This document shows, piece after piece, positions 25,850-38,793 of a stretch of 64,000 nt of DNA. The translations under genes and the position numbers were made by a program. This stretch comes from Squalus acanthias (taxonomy: Eukaryota), in the NCBI GenBank assembly GCA_030390025.1, contig CM059448.1:17298001-17362000 (forward strand), read 5' to 3'. The notes under the pieces were generated by a model, which saw only the letters and a list, made by a program, of their open reading frames with translations, was not told the origin of the DNA and searched no databases. Within the stretch, counting starts at the first letter, position 1. Every line of letters begins with the position of its first letter.

Positions 25850-26392
25850 GCTGACAATCCAGCGCAATATTGAGGGAGAGTGGCACTGCTGGAGGTGCCG
25901 TCTTTCAGATGGGACATTAAAAAACTGCGTTTCCGTCTGCCCTCTCAGGTGGACATAAAAAATGCCATGGCACCAATGTTCCCCTAATTATTTTTTGGGC
26001 CGCGCGGCCCCTTTAACGAGCTGTGCGGCCCATTCAAACTTCCGCGCATGCGCGGTTTTTTGCATCATGAAGCCGGCTCACCGGCTGCGCGGGACCTCGA
26101 GACAGCTGCGCGGCCACGCTGCTTAAAGGGAACTTTGCATGCCACTATTGGAAGAAAAGCCAGGAGGTTCTCTGTGTCCTGGCTAATTATTTATCCCTCG
26201 ACCAACACAACTAGAGCAGTTAAATTGGTCATTATTCTCACTGCTGTTTGTGGGACCTTGCTGCGCATAAATTTGCTGCCGTGTTTCCCCACATTACAAC
26301 AGTGACTACACCAAAAGTAATTAATTGGCTACAAAGCACTTTGGGCCTCCTGAGGACGCGAAGGAACTGTATAAATGCAAGTTCTTTCTTTT
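25850..26392 (+). mobile_element. Deu-domain SINE, 5'-truncated
   Basis: Matches the 9927-10835 copy from the core to the TATAAATGCAAG tail. Confidence 0.78.
25974..26137. mobile_element. hAT-type MITE, copy 3 (164 bp), inside a Deu-SINE
   Basis: TIR CAATGTTCCC...GGGAACTTTG; TSD CATGGCAC/CATGCCAC; host SINE is contiguous once it is removed. Confidence 0.8.
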
Positions 26393-26724
26393 AGTGGAAT
26401 ATAGGGAAAAGCCCCAAAACTGAACTTTATGCAAACATGGAAATAAAATAAAAATTAACAGTATATATCGCCACAACTATAAAATTAAGAAACTATCTTC
26501 TTGAATGAACACTAAAATAAATCTATAATTTTGCACCTCTGTTAGGCTTTAACTGCAAACAATCCACTGACATGTCTAGTATTGGCACAAAGATACAGTT
26601 CTAACGTGTTTTTTTTTTTTTTACAGAAAATCAGATAAGATTAGGTCACCCTCGAGACAACTGATACTGAGTATACTGGAAGGTGGCATGAAGGAAAAAT
26701 TATCCAATCATTTCAATTAAAGGA

Positions 26725-27135
26725 AAGAACTAACAATTATATAGCATCTTTCGCATCCTCAGATGTCCCAAAGTGCTTCCCCGCCAATTTTTTTCCCGAT
26801 GTGTAGTCACTTGTTATATAGGCAAATGCAGCCGCCAATTTGTGCACAGCACAGTCCCGCAAGTAGCAATGAGATTATTGACCAGTTAATCTGTTTTGGT
26901 TATATTCGTTGAAGGGTGAATGTTGGACACCAGGAAGATTCCCATGCTTTTCTTTGAAAAATGCGATGGGATCATTTATGTTAACTAAGACACGGTCTTG
27001 GCTTAATGTCTGATTCAAAATACTGGCACCTCCGACAATGCAGCACTCCCTCAGTATTACATTGAGGTGTCAAACTTAGATTATGTACTCAAGTCCCTGG
27101 TGCGAGGGCTTGAACTCAGGGAAAAGAGCACCATC
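26725..27135 (-). mobile_element. Deu-domain SINE, diverged
   Basis: Reverse-complement match to the same family (GGCACCTCCGACAATGCAGCACTCCCTCAGT). Confidence 0.72.
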
Positions 27136-27169
27136 ATTGATGTTCTGGGAGATTGAGCTTGTGACTGAC

Positions 27170-27880
27170 AAATGATAATTAACTTAGAAAAGTGCAGTGT
27201 TATGCATGTGGGTAGGTCGAATGCTGAACATACAAACTCTAATGCATAGATCTGTAAGGTTCAGGACCAATGCCGTGAAGTGAGAGCTAGAGCGAATAGG
27301 ATGTATTTATAGGACAATTGACTACAATACAAAGCATACCATTTTGTCTTTGTACAAGACTTTGATTTGGCCTCAGTTACAATACTGTGTCCAGTTTTGG
27401 TTTCCTCACATGGTGAGTGAAGTTGAGGCTTTTGAAAGGGTGCAGAGGAGGATCACAAGATTAATACCCAGTTTAAAGCATCTTAGTTACCATGATCGGC
27501 TCAAAGAGCAGGGATTCCACACTTTAAAGAAACATAGACTTAAGAGGCAATTTGATCAAGATTAAGATGATGATGAAGGGAATAGATTGCATTTGTGTAG
27601 ACAGTTTATTTTAACTAAATAGGCTAGGGAGGACCAGGGGGTCACAATCAAGTTATGCAAGGCCGGGACTAGTTTCTGATCGTCTAAAGGGGTCAGAGAG
27701 GAATTTTCCAGATTTTTTCCCCCGAATTGGCCTGGGTTTTTTCACTGATCCTAGGAGATTACATGGCTTTGGAGTTGGGTGGGAGTGTATGCATTGTCAT
27801 GCACAAGGAATGACAGTTTTGTGGGACAGGCTGGATGGACCAGTGGGTCTTTTCCTGTCCATCATTGTTGTGTTCGTATT
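27170..27880 (+). mobile_element. Degenerate CR1 LINE 3' fragment
   Basis: LYKTLIWPQLQYCVQFWFPH...ERVQRRITRLIP remnant with frameshifts, followed by a CR1-type tail. Confidence 0.82.
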
Positions 27881-29057
27881 GAGCCAAGGGTGACACTTAA
27901 ACAAACAATGTGTATCCGAGTGGAACCGGTGAGGGCGAGCTGTGCTATAATTTTACCTTTGCACCAAAGCTAAACTAGCACTGTAAATCCAAGGTCCAAC
28001 CCAACTCCACAGCAAAGCAAAGTGAGATTGCCTGGAAGTGGTGGTATCACACCGCTTTGGTTTGGCACCACACAATGTAAATCGGTGGGGGTGGAGGTCA
28101 AACTTGGATACATGAGTTATTGGAAATGCACCGAGGGAATACTGTGGATAGGTGAGCTAGATGGACCCCTCTACCTGAAACTGTTACTATGATACAAAGC
28201 ACTCAAGAGGGCTGAGCACATTCTAAATCCAATTTAAATGTTTTGAAAGAGGGAATTTTCCATATCTGCTTCAGGTTTTTGGTCACATGTCCCAATATGT
28301 CCTTATGTGGCTTGGAGTCAAATTTTGTTCCAGTGAAGCGCCTTGGAACGATTTTTACTACATTATAGGTGCTATATAAATGCAAGATGCTGTTGTAAAC
28401 ATTTAAATGAAGTAGGGCTTGAGGACGCTGGTGTGGCGTATAAACACTGGCATAGACCATTGGGCCGAATGGCCTGTTCCTGTGCTGTGCATTCCATGCA
28501 AATGTTTTAACTGTTGGGAGAGAGTTGTGCCCACGCCTGTATGTGTCTCTCTCATGGTTAAGATTGTCTGTCGGGCTCCAGCCAAGCAGAACAGCGTTTA
28601 CATGCGCCTGGCTGGAGCCCGACAGACCAAGCGCGGGGGAGGGGGGCGGGCATTGTAAATGCGGCCCGAGGCCGGAGCGGTGACCCACCTGGGGCGGGCT
28701 GGCTGCTTCAAACCAGCAGGGCTCAGACTGAAGCAGACTCGCAAACTCTGCTTAACGGCCCAAAACTTTCAGCAGGATGCAGGTAATAAAATAACGTGCA
28801 TTTAAATAACAAACAAAAAAAAAAAAAAGAGCTCAGAACCGAACAAGCCGCAATTAGCGACTCCCAACGACTAAAGTTCCACTTGTTAACCCGGGTCCTG
28901 TAAAGCCCGAGCCGGGGCTCGAAACCGGGCCCGAGCGCGCGCTCGCTCACAGAAGGAGCCGCCAGGCTCTCACAGACCGGCTCATTTACTTATTGCGATA
29001 GAGCACGAACTCCTCTAGCCAGGGAGTGAACACGCTTCGATCGAAGGGCCCCGTTAC

Positions 29058-29142
29058 CTTCATCCTGCTCGTCCTCCGGGTCTTTAAAGGTCGGTAACGG
29101 GTTTAACAAGTCCTCCAACTGCTGCGAGATGGGCGCCGCCAT
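29058..29142 (-). CDS. AATF: Apoptosis antagonizing transcription factor (Che-1/Bfr2 family), coding exon 1
   Basis: AAGATGGCGGCG start; MAAPISQQLEDLLNPLPTFKDPEDEQDE resembles the AATF N-terminus (LxxLLNP...DPE); donor GTAACG; 85 nt, phase 1. Confidence 0.92.
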
Positions 29143-29235
29143 CTTAGCCCGGACCTTCAGCGCCAATGGAGCCTATTCAGGATGACGTAACCCAGCTTCC
29201 GGCCCCGAATTACAACCCCGACTTCCGGCTCTGCC
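29132..29235 (-). promoter_or_regulatory. AATF: AATF housekeeping-type core promoter in a CpG island (~28600-29230)
   Basis: YY1 motif (GCCGCCATCTT) over the ATG, CCAAT 29163, CRE/ATF TGACGTAA 29183-29190, two ETS sites CTTCCGG at 29196 and 29222. Confidence 0.75.
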
Positions 29236-31486
29236 TGACACACAGTGCTGATCACTATTCATCTATTTTACAATGTTCAGCTTGCTCAAGATCCTTCTCA
29301 TTGCAGTAACCTTTTTGAAAAAAATACATATTTTTTTCTTTCTTTCTGAATAAGAAACTGCATAATTGTGATCATAATTTTAACAAAGTTTTGTAGGATA
29401 TTACGTTTTTCGAATTCCATTGCATTAAAGAAGTCTAGCCTTAAAATATTGAATAATATCTTATTTCTGGAAAATACGGCAACCGAAATCTGTTTAGGAT
29501 TCTAAATAAAACTGACATGCAATCATTTCGCCCCGATTTCTCCACTCTCATGGGTCATGGTTTTAAGTTTTCCTGATGTTGAGACTTTTGGCGTATAGAC
29601 AACCAAGGAGACTTTATTAATACTCAATCACTGTGAAACCACAATAGAATTATGTCAAGGAAAATATTAACAGCGATTATTTCAATACATACATGTGATG
29701 CATAAAGTGAAAACTAAACAAATATAATATTGTATTTGTGCTTCGAGTTATTATGCGCCATAACGTCATATATATTGTATGAATCATGGTTAATATCATA
29801 TTAAAATATTCATAATCGGTGAATAAATATGATTGAAAATCTATTGCCGCATCTTTCGACGTTACATATATTTATTTTAACGCACCTTTTAATTAATTTA
29901 ACCAATTGGATTAAATGAATGTTAAACTATGAAATACAATTTACGTTGTTTAATAAAATTGTTTTTAAATTAATAAAATAGTCATATTGTACTCACAGGA
30001 AATATAAATTCAGCTTTATAATAGGCCGTACGGAGAACGATTGGAGGATATGCAAAATACAATGGAATTCCATTAAAATGTACAGAATACTTAGGATACA
30101 CAGAGGCAAAGGTAGTATATGTAGCTTGTTCTATTTGGTGCGAAACCTTTCATGAAGAAATAAGAAATTTGCTTGTATCAAAATTGTATTCGGGAGGATT
30201 AAATGGCACTTTGCAATTCAGGTATATAGAAAAAGTACAATAAACTACAGCAGTGGAATCTGGCGTCCGAAAAAGTGAAATCGACCGGACCCCTATGGAG
30301 TTATTAATGAAATTATTTCCTAATACGGTGTTGGAACTTAAATTACTGCTAAGAGCTATTTCAAACCGGCGTTCTTTAATATTTTCAAATCACATTTCTA
30401 TGCCAAAATAAAAAATTCAATAACTCAATTTTTTGGCGGGGAAGTGGATTATGAATGTCATACTTTAAGGACTATTCCGTGTATTTTTACATTTCTTACA
30501 TCACCGTTTCTAACTCCTTTAGAAACCTATAGAGAAAACGTTTTACAGATGCTATCTGAAAGAAGAAAAACACTGAAATGTAATTCAGTGGTTAAAAATT
30601 GATACAGAAAATGAACAATGATGATTTATTTGGGAGGAAGATTTAGGTGTTGCACTTGTTACATCTATGATGTTGCTTACCTCTCTTACATATTGTGTGT
30701 ACCAATTTTCATAAAAGCTTTTAAGCGACATTGAAAAAAACAAATATGTTGGTCTTCCAGTCAGAATTTTCTGCCCCCCCAATAATAAACGAATTTCTGA
30801 GGAATTACTTTTTCTCAAAGTGCAACAGTTAGTCATTCACCTGAAATAACACATTGATAAATCGCTAAAACTGGTTTGAGCCGATTATTGTATGTAAATA
30901 ATAGTAATTAACATTAAAAGCAAGGCCGTGCATTATTAATCACTAGGTAATAAAAATAAATATCGGCTAAAAAATTATTTCTTTAAACTGTTGTGACGCG
31001 TTGCTTAAAGGTATACGATCAATCACTTATTCGATGTGATTTAATTATTTTGAACTCGATGCAATTGCAACGGCTAATTTTAAAATGATGTTCCATTAAA
31101 AAACAAAGTAAGCTGCGATAAAGTCCAACTCTTACGTGCTTGAATGAAAATCGAATACACAGGAATTGGATTCTATCCGCGAGTTCTATATTTACTTTTT
31201 AACTTATTTTAATTAACACTGTATTCCATTTGGAACGAGCAGTAGGTATCAATGTTAATGCAAAAAAATAAAAGTAATGCATGCTCAAAAGTTTTTAATA
31301 TATAATTTGGGGTAGTTAATTTATAGATGTTGGTAGTTAAACAGATCGTGCTTCGGGAGCAGAAATAGACATTTATTGTATAGATAAGTGAAAGTAAGAG
31401 TGACCAAGATACTCCCCGTTCATTCTGCCACGATACCTTGTTCATAAACAAAGCACTGACATTTAAAGACATTAAAACATCAATTT

Positions 31487-32517
31487 TTTATTAAAAAGTC
31501 ACAAATTTATTCAACATGTTTTTCATTTATACAGTGAATGGTCTAATATGCAACGGAGGTCACAGAAGCTTAGGCCTATTATTATGACAAAAAATGATAT
31601 CATGAGGAATTCTATACTGTATAAAGAAAAAAAAGTAGCAGCTAGGGACTGCATATTTGACCATGTAGTAAAATTGTTTAAATATTTGACCTTTCGTTTC
31701 TGTAAGACACAAAAATAAAATCCTGTATGAATCTATATGGGCATTATTAACAATATGAATGATTTCTATGAGAGAGCTAAAAATTAGCAGAAAGTATATT
31801 TTTAACACTCTCTTTCTGAACACTTTCTCCAGTGGATGGTGCAGTGCACCTACAGTAATTGTGCTATGACTTATCTATTTGGCACCTTTCTAGTTTGTTT
31901 CTCCACTTTTGTAAACATACGCAAAAAAAAAACACTTTGTACAAACTGGAGCTGTGAACCACAACTCCAGCAAATCTTTTGTACATTTTTTTGGAAACAA
32001 AAAAAAAGTTTGGTTACTTGATGCCCGTTTGTTCAATTCAGATCAAGAGGTTCTAAAATGTTTTCTAAAACATTAAACTCCTGAATTAAATATAATACGT
32101 AAACAGTAGACTCTTTCAGTTCATTCATGAGCTTTTTTTTTTGTTGTTCAGCTTTGTGTAGGTAGAGTAGTTTGCGTTGAAGTCTTGAGGGCTCCCAAAC
32201 GCCTTTGTCTTTTCGAGGTCATTCTGAAATTTGTTCCTTTTGGGTTTTAGGATCCCAGCTTTTGTCGCCCTGCTTAAAACGTTGTTGTTGTGTTAGCTCG
32301 GTGCAACTTTCTCCTTGTTTGAAGTTTTTAAAAAATTGTTATTTTAATATTTTTTTCGCGACGAGTTTTGTTGAAGATCTCGCCTTGTTCTTGCTGTCCG
32401 GGCAACGCTATTGTCTTTGGGGTTGGGATGGAGCAGAGAGAGAGAGAGAGAGAGGGATACATTGTCAATATTGTCCCTTGACGTGAGTTTCGGCAATTTC
32501 CGCCAAGTCGGAAGTCG
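31487..32517 (-). other. LHX1: Probable LHX1 3' UTR with candidate poly(A) signals
   Basis: A/U-rich region after the stop; AATAAA on the minus strand at 31506-31511 and 31487-31492. The true end cannot be fixed from sequence alone. Confidence 0.55.
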
Positions 32518-32912
32518 TTACCAAACGGCAGCCTCGTTCATTTCCGGAGGCGGATGTGACAAATGGCTGGTGTATCCCCCGTTGGTGAGGGAGAAGGACG
32601 GGCTGGGACCCGGCCCGAACACATCCGCCGCCATCGAGTGCATTGACGGTCCTGTTAGACCCGGCTCTGGGCTCGGAGAGTCCCCGTGAGAGTGAGAGAT
32701 CATGTCGGTGAACCTCTGGCTGTCGCCTGGTCCCGGCAGGTTGCTGGGGTGATGGCCGGGCAGTGGGTGCTCGAGTCCGCCGAGTGGGGTCGCCCCAGGC
32801 CCGGAGGAGGGCACAAAACCCAGATCCACTGGAGTCTGCGCCTGAGACGAGGGGGGACCTTGAGGAAAGAAATCATAATTGCTTCCAGGACCATAATATT
32901 CAGTCTGATAAT
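32518..32912 (-). CDS. LHX1: LIM homeobox 1, coding exon 5 (C-terminal region to stop)
   Basis: Acceptor TTCCCAG; [31 protein letters not shown]...[11 protein letters not shown]...[32 protein letters not shown] and EMNEAAVW are LHX1-type, and adjacency to AATF supports LHX1 over LHX5. Exons sum to 1233 nt (410 aa). Confidence 0.95.
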
Positions 32913-35900
32913 CTGGGAAGGAAAAAAAAGGGAGAAAATAAATATAAATGCACGTTATCCTTATGCATACACATTGCAGTTTCAAGAAGTCAAATACAAA
33001 TAAGAGTAGGGACGAATGAACTTTGCAATCAGATAAACTAGGTTTTGTTGGAGGGTTTCAGCAATGCGTTGTTCAAAACCAAAACGCGAGCCAAGTGAAA
33101 TCAAAATAGGAACACAACGAATTAAAACTCACAGTAACAAAGTTTGCAGTTAATTCCTAACCTGGCCTTGCACTCTGAAAACTTTAGAATTGAAATCGGT
33201 GACTTTAGTTTATCTCCTTTGCACGTTGGAGAACTGATAAAGGGTAGGCACCTCCTAAACATGAATTGACCTTTAAAGGCACCAAACTCAAACCTGGTTA
33301 CTCCCCTCCCAAGACACACACACAGTTACAATGTGGTCCATAGATTCAACCTTCAACATAAAGCCAGGCGCATTCGTTCCCAAATTATTGCATTTATTGT
33401 TATTCTTTATAAGTTACTCGAGTTGATCTGCTGTCACTATGAAATCTGCGATCAGAAACTAAGCCTTCACACATCTCTGGGAACCACAGAGGCCGACATA
33501 CTGCTCTCTAGCAATGTGAAATAAAACGGGGTTGTTGTACATAGGGTGGGGAGATAAAGTGGTAATGATCCTTTCTGGTCCAATGAGACCCAATCATAGG
33601 GCATGTCTCTGGTGCGAGGTTTAAGACAAAATAAAACATTTACACAATTCTAGGCGTTTTAATTTTTTAGTAGCCAAAACAAACATTTATGAAATTCTTT
33701 CAGAGACAATAAAATCAGAACATTTTTTTGTGACACAGTGAATTATTTTCTCTTTTAGCTAATGAGCCTTACATTCGAGCATCCCCAAACTCCGTTGATC
33801 AGAATTACTCTGTGAATTCACAGTGTGACGCGCAACGGGCAAGGCAAACAGCAATCAAATGTTTTTTTGTTCTAATTTATGCCCCATTTGTAAATCAGAC
33901 TGATGTCTTGGGGTTTTTTTTTTTGCTCAAGATTTCATCTCTGTAAGTGAAAAATGAAGCAGATGTGATTGCAAACAAACGCTTGGGAAACTATTCTGTG
34001 TTATTAATCCCTATCACACACAAGGTCTGGCGCAGCAGGGTCCCACTTTTTGAATAATGCTCACTCATTTTACACAAACGCAACCGCTCTCACAAAACCA
34101 CCACTCAACTAGTCATTGTCGAGCACTCGGCAAATAACAGCCTGCCATCCCACAACCTTAGTCTGAAAGATCTTGTAAAATAGTTTATTATTCGGAGCTG
34201 AGGTTTAAGTCGTGCACTCGCACTTAGTTACCTAGTTACCAGATTCAGTGAAGTGTTCTGAAAACAGTCTGCTACCTAAATGCTCCACAGGTATTAATGC
34301 AAATTACTCCCAATATGCATTATTTAAAAATCCGAGTATTAAAACCAATGGTTCATGCACCAACATAATTTACACCCCCAAATCTTAATAGGGTCTATAT
34401 ATTTTTTTAAATTAACACGGGGTTCAGTGTTAAATGTGCAGTCAGTTCTTTTGAAGGCTTTTCTGAAATTCATCTGGATCTGTTTTTCCCTGGTAAAATG
34501 TATTTGAATTTAAACGCCGTTACAGTACTCTGTATCCGACGCGTTATTTTTCAATTCAGCCTGAATGCATGCTAATTTACATAAGTAAATGAAATGGAGA
34601 ACGTGCATACTAAAACTGGCCGCTACGAGTAAGCTAAGCACGGATGAAAATGATGCCGGCACTTTCCAATCATCCAATAGTTGTATAGAAAACTTCAATA
34701 AATGCGATCATATCCGACCTCATTTTAATTTCAAATCAGTCCTGTTTCAATGTAAGATCGAATATGGGGAAATCCCTGCCAGCTCACCCGCTTATCGCCG
34801 CGTGTAAAATATCTTTTAAAATGTTTTCTTTTAAAAGGTACTTGGGAGACGTTGGATCAGCAATTAGCTGCCCAGCACAATCCAATGTAAATGAAGTTAA
34901 AAAAATAAACTTACTCCGCTTATGGTTCATAATTAATCAATAATACAGCAAAGCGCGGTCATTCTCTTTTTCATATGAAACATACATCACACCTTTCTTT
35001 CGAAATGCATGGGAACGATGCTAAACTACGATTTAAAGCCAAAAGTTTTTATTTGGGTGGGGGAGGGGGGAGGGGAGGGGGTTCCAGCATTCAAGGGTTG
35101 ATGAAGTTTAAGCTTCGTGCTATGGTTTTGTTAAGAGCCTCCCACTTATGCTGTACATTCACGCCATATTAATTAACCCCATCCCCTCCTGTGTGCTTAT
35201 TGTCTTCCCCGTGTCCTCGCCATCAAATAACAGCGAGTCTGCTGTTTACAATCCACTGGAAGCTCCGCCAGCCTGTCACTAAACATACACATGGAAACTT
35301 TGTTACAAAAAAAAGTTCACAAATGTTAACCCAGTTGATTGTACAGTGGAATTGTACCGGATAGCCCTTTCCGATATCTCGGTATGTATTATAGAAAAAT
35401 AATAAAAATCTATAACGCGCTACACTCATTCTAACACACTTTTCTTTTAAAATTAAGTCAATGGTATAAATTACAAGATAACATTGATCCAGATATAAAC
35501 AATCCCAGGCCCTATTCTAACTGCGTGCTGGTCTGAATAGATATGTGCTATTGTAACTAAAGCGTTTTCTGTTACATCAAGTAAGCATTTGATTATTCAT
35601 AATTATAAGTAAATAAAACGGAAGCACATGTTTCACATCACAGTGTCCACGTTACACAAAGATAGTGAAATGTTTATAATACGAAGTCAAAACGGGTAAA
35701 CGTTGAATACATAATGTACAGCAATATAATCAAGTAAAGCCTACCCTTATACTTTTTTTTTGGAAAAAAAAAGTTTTAAAAAAATTACCTTAACTTTATG
35801 GCACTCCCTATTTAGGCTTGAAACCTGGTTTACTTGCATTCTGTTAAACTGCAAATCGGAAAATAAAACCCACAATTGTAAGCAACGTTAACGTTAGTTA

Positions 35901-36449
35901 GTTTTAATAGGAAGACTGAAAACATTTAAGCTACATTTAAGTATCTTTTTAAGAACCCAGTGTAGATGTCAGTAGTAAACATAACCCTGTGGCAATGCAC
36001 CATTATGCTATTCCCTGGCTCTTTTTATACTGGCGAATATACACATATGTTGTATTATTTCAGTTCCTTTTGTATATTCCTATGGTTATTTTAGGCGGGC
36101 CATTTATTTTAGACGCTACTTATTGGGGTTCCCTGTTTCTCAGTCGGTTCTTGTAAGCGGGAAACACTGCTTAGTTGATTCTGCATATGAAACTGATCTG
36201 ACATTGACAAGTAGATCGTTGAGGGAAAAGAGATACTTTAGCCTTAAAATAGCACGGAGACTCTCTTCGTGTAATCAGTGATTGAATAAGTCAATAATAA
36301 GTCAATAAATGGCTAACTTCATACAGTATTTCAATTGTCCGTCAATACATGACTGTAAAACTGAATTTGCAGCGTCCTTCTCATTAAATAAGTAATCAGT
36401 TTTTAAGCACATCCTGGGGAGTGTTTAACAGAAATGAATTGGGACTTAC

Positions 36450-36615
36450 CCCCGTAGTAATTGAAAGGGCCGTTTCCCATCATGTCAGCCCCGTCGAGGC
36501 GATCTCCCAGGGGTCTCATCCGTCTGGGGCTGCGGAAAAACGCGTGTCTACGAGCCCCTAAAGCACTCAGCTGCTTCATCCGCCTCTCCTTAGACCTCCT
36601 GTTCTGGAACCAGAC
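36450..36615 (-). CDS. LHX1: LIM homeobox 1, coding exon 4 (homeodomain helix 3)
   Basis: Acceptor CCCCAG; [42 protein letters not shown]...YYG; donor GTAAGT; 166 nt. Confidence 0.96.
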
Positions 36616-38515
36616 CTGGGGCACAAAGCAGCCGCAAGATTCATTTTATTTCGACAATCCTGAGTTAATATTAAACCATACATACAACGCAAACAATACC
36701 CTTCCCAGCCCCATAATTCAGAATTGAGGTAAACCTGCAGCACCTCTTTAAAAAAAGCTTGGCTTTAATTCTACACTGCAACATTAATCTCAAACCAGTC
36801 TTGAAACACAGAATGCTAATATTGACACCTTCCTGTTTCATAAGCTGAAAGAAAACCGGAAGGCTTCCCCAGAATTAAATGCTAAACCCAATTTACAACA
36901 GTCATGCCAAGCATTTCAACGATATCCCCTTGATTCCAGACTCTTAGGATAACACACAGCCAATGGACCTGCTATATTTTAAAATGCAATTGCAAGTTGA
37001 ATGAAAACTCGACTTCCTTCTTTTAATATATATTCAAATGCAGAATGGTTCCGTTATTTGTTTTATGGTGGAAATATGCTTGAAATGTCACATCTTGGAA
37101 AAAGTGGCTCTTAAATGAAAAGCAAGAAAGCGTTCTTCGCCAGTTTACCTTTTAAAACTCACTTTTTCCTTTTGAAAAAGGTAACGGACTCATTGAACAA
37201 CATCGTTCAATTCTTAAGTTTCTTATTGAAATAAAGTCAGACATTTAATAATCGCAAAATTGCACTGAATGAAGTAAAATTAATGCTTAAAATCAGGTTG
37301 CACAGAAGTGCCGACAAATTGAAAAATATTTGCATGAATACAATTTGCTTTGTAAGACAGGTGAAGGGTTCTGAAGCTAATTCCAATTGCCCTGCAAGAT
37401 TATAAGTAATTATTATCCTCTGGGGCTGGTGTGTTCTATATTTAACCTGGGCCGACTAAAGTGACGGCCTTACCCTTTCAGTAACCCACCTCAGGATTCT
37501 CGGCCCCTTTATTCCACAATTAGAATAAATGTAGAAAATGTTGCCTTTTTACATGCCCTATGTGGTGTTATTGTCCCCATTACAACAGAATCGTGTTTCT
37601 ACCTTCGTTGCCTCAGAGCTGGGGTCCTCTGCACCCACCCAGGGCTGGAGGTATCGCGTATGTAATGTTTAGCAATAATCTCTTACTCACACAACTGCCA
37701 GTTTAATTCGGCGGCTCTCTCCTCCCGCTCTTGCGGTCGTTTTTTTTTATCAGCTGCCCTAACATTTAACCCGGGTATTCCTGTTCATTTTCTCTGAGCT
37801 GTTTACACCTCGGGTTGCTTCCCTAAGCAGGGTGCTCTCGGATAGTTTAACCCGTCTCTGTACCGGATTTGCTGGTGCAGCTATTGTCTTGTACACTTGT
37901 TTCTGGGTTGACGATGGCTTGTGCCGCTCTGACCATATCACCATTACATTTGGCCTGCGTTATTGTCTCTATTTATATTTGCTTGGACGCGGCTTGACCT
38001 CTTGGGTGCAGTCTTCTGGGTTTTCCTACCTTCATTACTCTCACATTTGACCTGATTAAAACGGATTGTTTACCCACCTCCTCTTGCTTGGCTTTGCGTT
38101 CTATACTTTTGACGCTTTCTCCCGGCTTAAACTTTTCCCCGCTGAGGTGTAGCCATCCCGATAATCCAGCTTTTTGTGTAATAAAGCGCTCTGAGGATTT
38201 ATCCCGGGTCAATGCTATCCATTACCTGTGCCCGTTGGTTCGCCATTTCTAGTACGACCCCCCTCCCCCACTGCCACCTTTAGTCTGCCCTCCCCGAGTT
38301 AACTGTTTTTTTTATACTCTATCCCAATTTCTAAATCTCTCATTTGTACAACCCTCTTTTGCTTGGTTTCCTGAAGCATTTATCTCCATTTTATCCCCCC
38401 ACTCAGAGCACTTCTCTGCAAGTTTAATATTGAGCCTAAATCACTGCCTCCCCCTGCCTCCATGTCGCCCATGTTTTGTTACATTGGAGCCCTCAGTTCT
38501 AAATGTCTCTCTTAC

Positions 38516-38793
38516 CTGTATAACCCTCATGTTTAGCCCGGTTTCCTGAGCTAGCTGCTCTCGGATGTGCCTGGTGGGTTTGGGAGTGGCTGCAAATGCC
38601 GCTTTGAGAGTTTCCAGCTGTTTTGCTTTGATGGTTGTGCGGGGACCCCGGCGCTTGGCTCCCAGATTCTGTTCCTCGTTCTCGTTATTGGCAGTCTCTT
38701 TATCTGAAATATTGGCGCTTTCTGAGTCTTTTGTGTCATCTTGTAAATGATCTTGAGAATCCGGTGACAAACTTTGATCACTACATGCCGTTA
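38516..38793 (-). CDS. LHX1: LIM homeobox 1, coding exon 3 (linker and most of the homeodomain)
   Basis: Acceptor TGTACAG; [15 protein letters not shown]...[47 protein letters not shown]; donor GTAAGA; 278 nt. Confidence 0.96.

Noticed and set aside
32686-33041. Plus-strand ORFs of 92-105 aa overlapping LHX1 exon 5 (also 21729-21990 over AATF exon 3)
   Set aside because: Antisense shadows of real exons with no independent coding signal.
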